A stretch of 37,790 bases of DNA from Candidatus Hydrogenedentota bacterium (lineage in GTDB: Bacteria > Hydrogenedentota > Hydrogenedentia > Hydrogenedentales > SLHB01): contig DAOSJS010000003.1 in assembly GCA_035367355.1 (NCBI GenBank), forward strand, positions 1-37,790, written 5' to 3'. Under the pieces are notes generated by a model, which saw only the letters and a list, made by a program, of their open reading frames with translations, was not told where the DNA came from and ran no database searches. The translations under genes were made by a program, and so were the position numbers. Below are positions 1 through 7,807 of this stretch, one piece after another; the stretch's first letter is position 1, and every line of letters starts with the position of its first letter.

Positions 1-761
1 GGGACGAGATTACGCGGGCAGAGATTGCCCGCGGATTTCGGGAGGCAGGCCTTCGCTCCGGTGAGGCCATCCTTGTACACAGTTCCCTGAGCAGCTTCGG
101 TCGCGTGGCAGGCGGCGCGGACGCCGTGCTCGACGGCCTGCTCGATGCGCTGGGCCCCGAAGGCACGCTGCTGGCGCCCACGCTGACCGGCGGCCCGGAA
201 CTGTCGCCCGAAAACCCGCCTCATATCGATTTGCGCACCGCGCCCTGCTGGGTGGGGCGCATTCCTGAGACGCTGCGGCAGCGCCCCGACGCAGTGCGCA
301 GCGTACACCCCACACATTCCTGCGCAGCCCTTGGCCGGCGCGCAGCCGAGCTGACCCGCGGCCACTATCTGTCTCCCACGCCGTGCGGAGTGACCTCGCC
401 GTACTTTCGCCTGGCGCTCGCCGGTGGGACGATTGTAATGATTGGTTGCGACTTGAGCCGCTGCACCACCTGCCACACCGCCGAAGAACTCGCCAACGTG
501 GATTATCATCTTCAGCCGCGTGTAACCCATGGATCGTGCATCGATCAGTGCGGCGTGCGAATCGAGACGCCCTGCCGTCTGCACCGGTACGACGGCCCCG
601 AACGCAATTTTCCCGCCCTTGAACCGCTGCTTCTCGAAGCCGGCCTGATGCGCAAAGACCGCGTCGGCAATGCGGAGATCCGCCTCATCGACGCGATGGG
701 TCTCATCGAAACCGCGCTCGACCGCCTCCGCTTCGACCCGTATTTCCTCACATCCCGGTAG
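1..761 (+). CDS. AAC(3)-family aminoglycoside N3-acetyltransferase-like protein, 5' end cut by window edge
   Basis: Frame 3 is open from nt 3 (DEITRAEIARGFREAGLRSGEAILVHSSLSSFGRVAGGADAV...), so the GTG listed at 105 is internal. The ILVHSSLSSFG, GTLLAPT and VHPTHS motifs are typical of the AAC(3)/YokD family. Confidence 0.8.
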   Translation, partial: DEITRAEIARGFREAGLRSGEAILVHSSLSSFGRVAGGADAVLDGLLDALGPEGTLLAPTLTGGPELSPENPPHIDLRTAPCWVGRIPETLRQRPDAVRSVHPTHSCAALGRRAAELTRGHYLSPTPCGVTSPYFRLALAGGTIVMIGCDLSRCTTCHTAEELANVDYHLQPRVTHGSCIDQCGVRIETPCRLHRYDGPERNFPALEPLLLEAGLMRKDRVGNAEIRLIDAMGLIETALDRLRFDPYFLTSR

Positions 762-1734
762 TCAGGTCGACGCGGCAGTTGGTTTCGGCGGCGGCGAGTG
801 CGGCGGCGGCGATGGCCACGGCGTTGCAGGCATCGTCGAGCCGCAACCGGTTCCAGGCTTGTCCGTCAATGGCATCAAAAAATTCGAGAAATTCGGTGCG
901 CAACCCATCGACGCCCATGCGGTCCGGGTCGATGGAGACTGGTTCGGGCTCGCCGCCTTCCTGGCGCAGGAGGATGGGGTCTTCGCCGGGGGTCTGTATG
1001 TCGAGCACGCCTTCCGTTCCAGCGACATGCAGTGATGATTTCATGGTCTCTCCCGGGGAGAGCACGAACCCGCCGTCGACCGTGGCCGCGACGCCATCCG
1101 GGCATGCGAAGGAGGCCGTCAACCGCTGGTAGGCTCCGGAGGGGTGCTTGTGCCCTGTAGCTACGACGCTCTCGGGCACGGCACACAGCCATTGCAGGAG
1201 GTCGTAATCGTGGAGCAGCAGGTCGAATGGGGCGCCGCCGCCCTGGCCGGGCTGCATGCGCCAGTCGCGGCCCTTGTCGGATGTCTGCCACCGGGCGGCA
1301 TGAATTGTCCGCACTTGACCCAGGCCGCCAGAGCGCACAATCTCGGCTGCGGCGGCATACAGCGGCGTATGGCGGGTCAGGTGGCCGGCCATCAGGACGC
1401 GCCCGGCGCGGGCGGCAGCGCCGGCCACAGCACGCGCGGCGTGGCCGCACAGGGCGAGGGGCTTTTCACAGAATACGTGTTTGCCTGCGTGAAGGGCAGC
1501 CTCGGCCTGGGAACAGTGCAGGCCGTTGGGCGATGAAATGACGACTGCGTCGATAGAGGGGTCGGCGAGGACGGCATCGAAGCCAAGAACCGGCAGCTGC
1601 GGCGCGGGTTCAAAAGGGGTGTCGCACTGGTTGCGCGCGACCAGTGCAACCTCCACGCGCTCGGGGAAACCGCGCAACGCGGCGTAGTGTCTCGCGGCGA
1701 AATTGCCCGCGCCTACCAGAGCGACTCGCAGCAT
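748..1734 (-). CDS. Gfo/Idh/MocA family NAD(P)-dependent oxidoreductase
   Basis: N-terminal Rossmann motif MLRVALVGAGNFAARHY and the FCEKPLA motif. 328 aa. The 3' end overlaps the convergent acetyltransferase gene by 14 nt. Confidence 0.85.
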   Translation of the reverse strand: MLRVALVGAGNFAARHYAALRGFPERVEVALVARNQCDTPFEPAPQLPVLGFDAVLADPSIDAVVISSPNGLHCSQAEAALHAGKHVFCEKPLALCGHAARAVAGAAARAGRVLMAGHLTRHTPLYAAAAEIVRSGGLGQVRTIHAARWQTSDKGRDWRMQPGQGGGAPFDLLLHDYDLLQWLCAVPESVVATGHKHPSGAYQRLTASFACPDGVAATVDGGFVLSPGETMKSSLHVAGTEGVLDIQTPGEDPILLRQEGGEPEPVSIDPDRMGVDGLRTEFLEFFDAIDGQAWNRLRLDDACNAVAIAAAALAAAETNCRVDLTTGM

Positions 1735-1850
1735 GAACGTCCGCCTTTGGTTTTGCGGACACCATACCCGATTTCGGCAACGAACACCACTGCGCCCGTC
1801 CGGCGCTCCGGCGAGAGGTTCGCAGCATCGAGGAGACGTTGCAAGAGGAC

Positions 1851-1874
1851 GGGCGCCCCGGTGGTGGGGCGCCC
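1851..1874 (-). terminator. GC-rich hairpin about 35 nt downstream of the holin stop; possible terminator separating the phage-like operon from the co-directional oxidoreductase gene
   Basis: Perfect 9-bp inverted repeat GGGCGCCCC-N6-GGGGCGCCC. The trailing minus-strand sequence (GUCCUCUUGC) is only weakly U-rich. Confidence 0.35.
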
Positions 1875-1909
1875 GCGGGGGCAGGGAGGGGCGAGGGATG
1901 CGGGAGAGT

Positions 1910-2284
1910 TCAGGATTTGACCTGCCGTACGAGGCGTTCCAGCCAGGCGTCGAGGTAGCTGTGCCCGAGTTCTCGGGCGATATCCAGGCCCTCGACCCGC
2001 GCTAGCTCGATGGCGTATTCCTTGGCGCGGCGGCGGGCCTCTTTTCGTTCCGCGGAGGTCAGTTTGCCGTCTTCACGCGAGGCCTTGATCTCGCGCACGT
2101 AAGTTTCGTAGGTGTTCATGACACCCGTTTCGAGGGCAAGAAGGGCGCGTTCGCACCGGAGGCGGCGGGCACGCGCGTACAGATCAGTCGATTTGAAAAG
2201 AGACCAGAGTCCGCCCAGTACGACACCGAGCAGCATGAGTCCCTGGTCAGAATGGATCGCGTCGTTGAAGGTCACGGTAGGCAT
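1910..2284 (-). CDS. phage holin-like membrane protein (LL-H-type architecture)
   Basis: ATG at 2284 (MPTVTFND...) directly follows GGGAGG and lies 8 nt after the endolysin stop. The 223-aa track ORF is an upstream extension overlapping the endolysin gene. 124 aa: one N-terminal TM helix (GLMLLGVVLGGLWSLF), then a charged helical region. Confidence 0.5.
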   Translation of the reverse strand: MPTVTFNDAIHSDQGLMLLGVVLGGLWSLFKSTDLYARARRLRCERALLALETGVMNTYETYVREIKASREDGKLTSAERKEARRRAKEYAIELARVEGLDIARELGHSYLDAWLERLVRQVKS

Positions 2285-2292
2285 CCTCCCGG

Positions 2293-2796
2293 TCACGTCG
2301 GCGGCGCCGCGCGATGGCGGTTGTCCGCGTGGACGTGCCCGTCGTTGTAATCGTCTTTTACCCAGTCGAAGTAGCGGCGGCACACGGCTCCAAGCGTTTT
2401 CTGAGGGACACGTGCGCGGTTTCGTTCGAGCACGGCCACGATGTCGGCCGCGATGCCGCCGAATTTTGCGAGATGCCGGGAATTGCGGGACACGGCGCCG
2501 CCCTGGTCCGTCCATCCGTAAAGGGCGGCCAGGCGGCGCAGGTCCTCCTCGGTACGCACCGCGCTGGTGACGAGGATCCACACGGTCTCGCCGGCCATCT
2601 CGCAGAGATCCCGGCGGACCCGCTCGAGGGATTCGAGCAGCGTGGAGTGCACCATGGCCAACCCCGCGGCATTTTCGAACTCACGCAGACGAAAATGGGA
2701 AACCTCTCTGCCGTCGAGATTGGTCAACAGGCGGACATCGTTTCGGCGGTTATACGTAAGTGCGGACATCGCTGATGTATCCATTGAGGCCGTCAT
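2293..2796 (-). CDS. phage endolysin, peptidase M15 (Peptidase_M15_3-like zinc D-Ala-D-Ala / L-Ala-D-Glu peptidase fold)
   Basis: FRLREFEN, SRHLAKFGGIAADI (S-x-H...G-x-A-x-D) and DGHVHAD motifs match the H/D/H zinc site of M15 peptidases. Sits next to the holin. Start uncertain: ATGs at 2796, 2784 and 2769, none with a clear SD. Confidence 0.7.
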   Translation of the reverse strand: MTASMDTSAMSALTYNRRNDVRLLTNLDGREVSHFRLREFENAAGLAMVHSTLLESLERVRRDLCEMAGETVWILVTSAVRTEEDLRRLAALYGWTDQGGAVSRNSRHLAKFGGIAADIVAVLERNRARVPQKTLGAVCRRYFDWVKDDYNDGHVHADNRHRAAPPT

Positions 2797-3271
2797 CCGT
2801 GTTGACGACGGCGGTCATGCCGGGGCGCAGATGGAGGTGGGCCAGGGCAAGGCACGCGGCGCCGGGTCCGGGCGGCGATGGCGACACAGCTTCAACCCCC
2901 GGCGTGATGGTGACATCCCAGGTATCGAGCCGGGCTTGCACCAGGTCGATGCGCGGATGATGCAGCGGCGCGGCAATGCCGCCGAGGACCGTCGCAGTTT
3001 TCAAATGAAACGGAAACCGCTCGATGAAGGCGTATCCCGGCGCGACCTGTACCGCCAGGGCCGGCGGAGAAATGGCCGAGATGCCGAGATCGCCGTCGGC
3101 AGCGTTTCGAAGGATGCCGTTGCCGCCGCCCCAGGCGAGGCTGATGAGGTTCATGAGGAGTTCGAGAGCGGCCTCGATGCGATCGTCCCAGGTGTTGAGT
3201 TTGGCCGAGGCCACGGGCCGCTCCTGAAAGGCCCAGGACGTCTTGATGAAGCTTTTTCCACGAATGGCCAT
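2750..3271 (-). CDS. short phage tail fibre / receptor-binding-like protein
   Basis: ATG at 3271 preceded by GGGAGA plus a 5-nt spacer. The N-terminus KTSWAFQERPVASAKLNTWDDRIEAALELL resembles the conserved K-x-D-W...N-R-I-E fibre N-terminal motif. The C-terminal ...YISDVRTYV is also fibre-like. Confidence 0.45.
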   Translation of the reverse strand: MAIRGKSFIKTSWAFQERPVASAKLNTWDDRIEAALELLMNLISLAWGGGNGILRNAADGDLGISAISPPALAVQVAPGYAFIERFPFHLKTATVLGGIAAPLHHPRIDLVQARLDTWDVTITPGVEAVSPSPPGPGAACLALAHLHLRPGMTAVVNTDDGLNGYISDVRTYV

Positions 3272-3314
3272 GGTATCTCCCACGGAAAACCGCGCGCGCC
3301 GCGGCGTCCGGTAG

Positions 3315-5051
3315 TTATTCCAGGTGATAGCCCGAATCCAGGCCCACCGCCGGGTCATCCAGGCGAAACTGATACAGAGACTGTTCCGGCCCCTGGTGCT
3401 GCATCATGTGGTAGAGGGGATTCGCCACAGACCGCAACGGAGAGGTGCATCCGAGGGTCGTAGTTACCGTGCGCCCTGAAAACCGGTGGGTCACCCGGTT
3501 GACGCGCCGGACCAGGCGCCCGGCGAACTGGCCGCCCCATTCCCCGGGAAGCGGAAGGTCAAGCCGTCGCGGCGGCGCTCCGCGCAGTTCGAGCAGGTCG
3601 CCCGCCTGGAACGCTGCGGCGCCGTGATAGAGCGTGAGGAAGCCCGCGGCCTCGGGGTAGGCCAGGTCATGAAGCAGGCCGTTGGCAAGCCGATCGGCGT
3701 CGCCTTCGCTGGCAATGCCAAAATGCCGGAACCGCCGCGCGCGAAATCCGAACGTGTCCGCACTCTCCCCGCGAATATACGTCTTTTTGACCGGTCCCAG
3801 GATGGGATTGCCTTCAAAATAGAGGGCATTGACGATACTGGCGCCGTCCGAGGCAAGCTGGACGCCTATGGTGAGCGGGTCGTAGGCGAGAACGTGATCG
3901 CAGATGCCGGCCGGGCGAAAATGCACGGCGTCGTGAGGGCTGAGGTTCCAGACGCATCCGCCCGCATAGGCCAGCGCCGTCAACAGATCAAAGAGGCCGT
4001 GATCCGCTTCAAATGCGTTCAACGTGACCGGAACCGCTTCGATGGAATCGCTGCTGGCGCGGGTGTAGGAAAAATACTCCTTGAGCCGCATTTCGGGCGC
4101 ATGATACCGGCCGTCTTTGTACTGATAGACCTCGGAATGGCCCAGTTCCACCATGGCCGCGTTGAAACATTCGCCGCCGCCATAGACCAGGCCGACATAA
4201 CGGCCGTAGGCGTCAATACGGTCGTCGTAGGCGCCCGAAGCCCCCCGGTGAGGGTTCAATTCGATGGCGCGGATGCCTTTGCTGTCGATGAGATCCTGCA
4301 ATGCGCGCCGTGCCGCCTCGCCGGCCAGCGCGTAGCCGCTCGCGGCATACCGGGCCGAAGACCAGGAGGCAATTTCGGGATGGCGCGCCACGGCGTGGCT
4401 GTTTCGGGTCAATTCCTCGCAATCGATCATCATCAGGCGCAGGTCCGGCCAGGCAACGCCATCCACAGACAGCCCGGCGATGGTGTCGCCGTCTTTGGCG
4501 TAAGCGCGGGAGGCATCGATGCGGGGTGTTTCAACCCATTGCCCGGCGCTGATCCCGCCGAGCTCGAGCTCGTTGGCGGGAGTCTTTCGGGCGAGGTATT
4601 TGCCGTATTCGCGCTCGGCGCCGTCAGGATAGGCGGTATGGGTCACGAGATAGTGCACAGGTCCCACGGCGGTATTGATGAGATCTTTGACGATGGCATC
4701 GAGGCGTTCAGGACCGTAGCCCCGGGTCACGTGGGTATTCTGACGGGTGTTGCGGCGCTCGGCCCGGATTGCGATGACTTCATGAAAGTTTACGTAGCGG
4801 TCGAGTATGAGTTTCTTCGTGTCGCTCCATTGCGGACCCACCCAGGTGACTTCGGCCTCGCAGAACAGCTCATCTTCGAGCCGGATCGCGATGCGGCAAC
4901 CGGGGCCAAGCCCGTCGACGGCTTCAGGGAGCAATCCTTCGATGCGATCGGGCTGATCGGGAGCGCTGCGGGTTGCGTCCATCAGGGGCACGGAATGGAA
5001 GCGGGCTATCCGGAGGCCTTGTTGGTTATAGATCTCGATCGCGTAGCGCAT
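3315..5051 (-). CDS. phage tail-tip protein with embedded staphylococcal-nuclease (SNase/thermonuclease)-like domain
   Basis: About 578 aa. ATG at 5051 lies 2 nt after the upstream stop; an in-frame GTG at 5060 is the alternative start. Internal KDGDTIAG, LRLMMIDCEE and DAYGRYVGLVY...NAAMVELGHSEVY align with SNase IDGDTVKL, FRLLLVDTPE and DKYGRGLAYIY...NEALVRQGLAKV. Confidence 0.6.
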   Translation of the reverse strand: MRYAIEIYNQQGLRIARFHSVPLMDATRSAPDQPDRIEGLLPEAVDGLGPGCRIAIRLEDELFCEAEVTWVGPQWSDTKKLILDRYVNFHEVIAIRAERRNTRQNTHVTRGYGPERLDAIVKDLINTAVGPVHYLVTHTAYPDGAEREYGKYLARKTPANELELGGISAGQWVETPRIDASRAYAKDGDTIAGLSVDGVAWPDLRLMMIDCEELTRNSHAVARHPEIASWSSARYAASGYALAGEAARRALQDLIDSKGIRAIELNPHRGASGAYDDRIDAYGRYVGLVYGGGECFNAAMVELGHSEVYQYKDGRYHAPEMRLKEYFSYTRASSDSIEAVPVTLNAFEADHGLFDLLTALAYAGGCVWNLSPHDAVHFRPAGICDHVLAYDPLTIGVQLASDGASIVNALYFEGNPILGPVKKTYIRGESADTFGFRARRFRHFGIASEGDADRLANGLLHDLAYPEAAGFLTLYHGAAAFQAGDLLELRGAPPRRLDLPLPGEWGGQFAGRLVRRVNRVTHRFSGRTVTTTLGCTSPLRSVANPLYHMMQHQGPEQSLYQFRLDDPAVGLDSGYHLE

Positions 5052-5053
5052 GG

Positions 5054-5740
5054 TCACCACCAGCGCTCACGGAACGCGACTGTGGCGGCCGCCTGATGTG
5101 AGCTCGTGGATTGGTCCGTATAGGTGAGCGTGGTCTCGCCGGGTTCAAGCCGGGGGAAGGCGCCCCAGGTATATGGAGTGACGTCTTCGCCATCCAGCGT
5201 GGCTCGCGCCCGCGCCGTGTCGAATTCGAGGAAGGAGCCCTCCTTCACGATGCCGTCGTACTCGAGGCATTGAACGCCGTCGCTGAAGGTTGGCCGGACC
5301 AGCGCCCCGGCGGCCGTCAGCATGATCCGGGGGAGGGCGCAGGCGGTGCCGCCGCTGTTCACAAGCAGCGAAGAAGGCGATGCCGTGATCGGCCAGGCGA
5401 TTTCCGTAAGCGATTCGGCCTCTTCAAACGGGTCGCGCGCTTCGAGTTTGAGCGTGAACATCCCCACGAGACGCGCATGCTGAATCTCGCGGCGGAACGC
5501 CGCTCGCCGCACCATCAGCCGCCGTCCCGGGCGAATCGACAGCGCCGCCGAATAGTCCACCGCCGACGCCGCATGCAGTACGGCATCGAGCCGGGCCTCA
5601 AGTGCAGCGACGGACGTTTCTCCGAGGAGCACTCCAGCAATTTTTACCGTTCGCGCGTCCCGCCCGCCGACTTCCTCGTGCTGTTCCTGAATGGAGGTGA
5701 GCATTTCATCGAGAAGCAGGCCATTGAGCGTGATCGCCAT
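5054..5740 (-). CDS. phage tail-tip/baseplate protein (distal-tail-protein-like); family not securely recognised
   Basis: ATG at 5740 overlaps the upstream stop (TGATG), with GGAGGG 8 nt upstream. 228 aa. Lies between the connector and the large tail protein. The C-terminal ...FRERWW resembles siphovirus Dit-type proteins. Confidence 0.35.
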   Translation of the reverse strand: MAITLNGLLLDEMLTSIQEQHEEVGGRDARTVKIAGVLLGETSVAALEARLDAVLHAASAVDYSAALSIRPGRRLMVRRAAFRREIQHARLVGMFTLKLEARDPFEEAESLTEIAWPITASPSSLLVNSGGTACALPRIMLTAAGALVRPTFSDGVQCLEYDGIVKEGSFLEFDTARARATLDGEDVTPYTWGAFPRLEPGETTLTYTDQSTSSHQAAATVAFRERWW

Positions 5741-6159
5741 CAATCGGACCCTCCGAGGATGGGAATGGTATCCGTGACGTCGGCCGGGGCATGCGGCGGA
5801 TGGTCCCGGAGGAAAGGCGCCAGGAGATCCCAGGCCGCGGTGCGCGCGCTGCGCGCGACCGCCATGAGCGCGTCAAAACGGCGGCCGGCTTCGACGCGCT
5901 GGCCGCCTACGGCGACGTGAACCTGACTGTGCGCATCCTGCGCAGCGAGAGCGCGATAGACCTCGGCGCCAGCGAGCAGAGTCTCACCGGTGACGACGAG
6001 GTGGGGCAACGGCGCCTCGGTAAAACCGGGTTTCAGCCGGGTAAGCAGTTCGGCGTGAGCGTCGTCGATGGCCGCTTCGATGAGTTCGGCCGGAACAGAC
6101 GCCGTGTTCTGGAGTTGAAATCGCAGCCGGACCATGGTTTCGGTGGTAAAGCCGGACAC
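5740..6159 (-). CDS. head-tail connector/adaptor candidate (gp6-like)
   Basis: GTG at 6159 preceded by AAGGAGG plus a 7-nt spacer. The N-terminus ...MVRLRFQLQNTASVPAELIEAAIDDAHAELLTRL is typical of head-tail connector proteins. Lies immediately downstream of the major capsid gene. Confidence 0.45.
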   Translation of the reverse strand: MSGFTTETMVRLRFQLQNTASVPAELIEAAIDDAHAELLTRLKPGFTEAPLPHLVVTGETLLAGAEVYRALAAQDAHSQVHVAVGGQRVEAGRRFDALMAVARSARTAAWDLLAPFLRDHPPHAPADVTDTIPILGGSD

Positions 6160-6187
6160 GTCGGAACCTCCTTATCGGTGCGGGAGA

Positions 6188-6220
6188 CGGGGGCGGCCCG
6201 TGGGACGCGGACCGCCCCCG
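6188..6220 (-). other. 13-bp GC-rich stem-loop between major capsid gene and connector gene
   Basis: On minus-strand RNA, CGGGGGCGGUCCG-N7-CGGGCCGCCCCCG pairs fully, with one G-U pair. On the plus strand the same position is a C-A mismatch. It starts 5 nt after the capsid stop codon and has no U-tract. Confidence 0.5.
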
Positions 6221-6225
6221 TTACG

Positions 6226-7272
6226 TCAGGACCAGTCGCTCCGGATCACTACGCGGGCTTTCTCGTAGATGATCGCGAAATCGGTGACGACGGTCAGGTA
6301 CGTGCGGTCCCACTGCTGATTGATGAGCTTGTCGCTCTCAACCAGGAGCTCCTGCTCCGTCAGCTTCTGCGCCGCATACCCGGCATCGAGGATGGTCAGC
6401 CGGTTGGCGGGCTGGCCGGCCATGGGCACAAGCCTCGTCCCGAGCGGTGTGGGGAGATTGCCGGTCTTCGTGAAATCGAAAAGGGCGCTCTCCCTGAACG
6501 CGTCCAGTTCGAGGATGGTCTGACAGAGGTCTGCGTTGGCCAGCATATGGGTCGGCGTGAAGTAGTGGTCGAGGGTGAGCGTCATGAACCCGTTGACCAG
6601 ATCGCCGTAGGCCCAGGTGTCCGCCGTGGCAGTATCGAGCGTGACCGGCGCGGTGCCGGCGGCGCCGTCGCCCTCGGCCAGGATCTGCGCAAGGCGCGCG
6701 TCCAGATGGCGGCCCAGACGCTCCCCAATGCGCTGCAGGTGAACGCGGAGCATGTCGACGGACATGCGCCGGATCACTTCGTACGATGCAATCACGCCCC
6801 GGCCTTTCTTGTCGAGCTTGATCACGCGGTCGCCGTACTTGATGGACGACTCAGGGATCGCGGCGCCTTCCGCTACGGTGCGCAGCTCTTCTTCAAGCTC
6901 GTCCTCCCGCACGTAGGGGACGTCAAAGGCCGTGCTGGCGACCCGTTCGTCGCGGATGATCAGGCTGGGGTAGACCGGTTTGCGCGTCATGCCGCTGACG
7001 ACGGCGTCGCGGACCATGTCCGGAAACAGCCATTTGGCGTTGGGGTCAGATTGAAAGAAGCGGTCGACGGTGATCCGGTCCAGGTCGATGCCGAATTCCT
7101 GGGCGCAATAGTCCCGTACGGTCGTGCCGAGCGCGCGGAAAAACTGTCCGTGATTCAGGCCGAGCCCCTGCAGGGTCTCGTAAAGTCCCGCGCCACGGAT
7201 TTGGCGGAGCTGGCCGGGTTCCTGGCTCAGGAACGCGACCCGCTCCTTCACGATATCGTCGCGATACGCCAT
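6226..7272 (-). CDS. phage major capsid protein (HK97 fold)
   Basis: ATG at 7272 (MAYRDDIVKE...) preceded by GGGAGGA plus a 7-nt spacer. The 450-aa track ORF is a Pro/Arg/Ser-rich upstream extension overlapping the decoration gene. 348 aa, with the size, position and sequence character (..GVIASYEVIRRMSVDMLRVHLQRIG..) of a major capsid protein. Confidence 0.75.
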   Translation of the reverse strand: MAYRDDIVKERVAFLSQEPGQLRQIRGAGLYETLQGLGLNHGQFFRALGTTVRDYCAQEFGIDLDRITVDRFFQSDPNAKWLFPDMVRDAVVSGMTRKPVYPSLIIRDERVASTAFDVPYVREDELEEELRTVAEGAAIPESSIKYGDRVIKLDKKGRGVIASYEVIRRMSVDMLRVHLQRIGERLGRHLDARLAQILAEGDGAAGTAPVTLDTATADTWAYGDLVNGFMTLTLDHYFTPTHMLANADLCQTILELDAFRESALFDFTKTGNLPTPLGTRLVPMAGQPANRLTILDAGYAAQKLTEQELLVESDKLINQQWDRTYLTVVTDFAIIYEKARVVIRSDWS

Positions 7273-7285
7273 CGTTGATTCCTCC

Positions 7286-7669
7286 CTAGAGCAAGACGTG
7301 GACCTGGCCAGCGACCGTGTCCACTTTGAGGTTGATGCCGGCCCCGTTGCCGGATGCCGGCGCCTTGACCTTGCCGCTGGACTCCGCGGCGACGATGCCC
7401 GCAAGCCCATTGACCGTGGGCGGGGTCTCGCCTTCGTAGTCAAAGACGGATACGCCGCGCACCTTGACCGGAATGGCCGCGCCATTCGCGGTGCTGCCGG
7501 CGAGGGCCTCGCCGAGCACGGGACTTTCGGCATCGGCGTCGTTGCAGACGGTATACGGTCCGGCCAGCGAGACGGCATCGCCCTTGGCGATGTTCACGGA
7601 GCCGGAATCGGGGGTTTTGCAGGTGATGACGAGTTCGGTCACCACGCCGCCAATATCTCCAAATGCCAT
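7286..7669 (-). CDS. head decoration/cement protein (DUF2190-like)
   Basis: ATG at 7669 (MAFGDIGG...) lies 8 nt after AGGAG. 127 aa, Gly/Ala/Val-rich beta protein directly upstream of the capsid gene, as with lambda D-E. Confidence 0.6.
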   Translation of the reverse strand: MAFGDIGGVVTELVITCKTPDSGSVNIAKGDAVSLAGPYTVCNDADAESPVLGEALAGSTANGAAIPVKVRGVSVFDYEGETPPTVNGLAGIVAAESSGKVKAPASGNGAGINLKVDTVAGQVHVLL

Positions 7670-7807
7670 GATGGTCACTCCTGGGGTTCGGCCGCGCAGC
7701 CGTAGCGATTCATGACGGTATGTGCGGCCAGGTTGTTCGTGTCAGGAACCGGCCCTTCGCCCGGGCTGTTGGAGCCGGGACAGAGAGCGCCGTGGCGCGG
7801 CCGGCGT

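Noticed and set aside
1735-1909. Search for att-type direct repeats shared between the left (1735-1909) and right (12419-12665) junctions of the phage-like locus.
   Set aside because: By eye I found no shared stretch of about 12 nt or more. This cannot be excluded without a computational repeat search.
2285-2581. 99-codon N-terminal extension of the holin-like ORF (223-aa version).
   Set aside because: It overlaps the endolysin gene and its translation is Arg/Pro-rich. The ATG at 2284 directly follows GGGAGG and gives a typical small holin-like protein.
3284-3309. Small GC hairpin (CCGCG-N5-CGCGG) followed by UUUU on the minus strand, between the large tail protein gene and the fibre gene.
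   Set aside because: A 5-bp stem with a 4-nt U run is too weak to call a terminator, and it may arise by chance in alternating CG sequence. Noted but not listed as a feature.
3486-5096. 536-aa plus-strand ORF. Similar long mirror ORFs occur at 5791-7278, 10646-12124, 12543-13934, 20045-21508, 21509-23002, 28457-29689, 32950-34215 and 35301-37055.
   Set aside because: Each lies antisense to a gene whose product has clear family motifs (tail protein, capsid, portal, HD-GYP, permeases, sugar transferase, DUF4091, GroEL, NodT/RND). Their translations are Arg/Gly/Ala/Pro-rich with no recognisable motifs. Long stop-free antisense frames are expected in GC-rich DNA.
7273-7578. 102-codon N-terminal extension of the capsid ORF (450-aa version in the track).
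   Set aside because: The extension is Pro/Arg/Ser-rich, overlaps the decoration-protein gene in another frame and lacks an SD. The internal ATG at 7272 has GGGAGGA 7 nt upstream and gives a normal-sized capsid protein.
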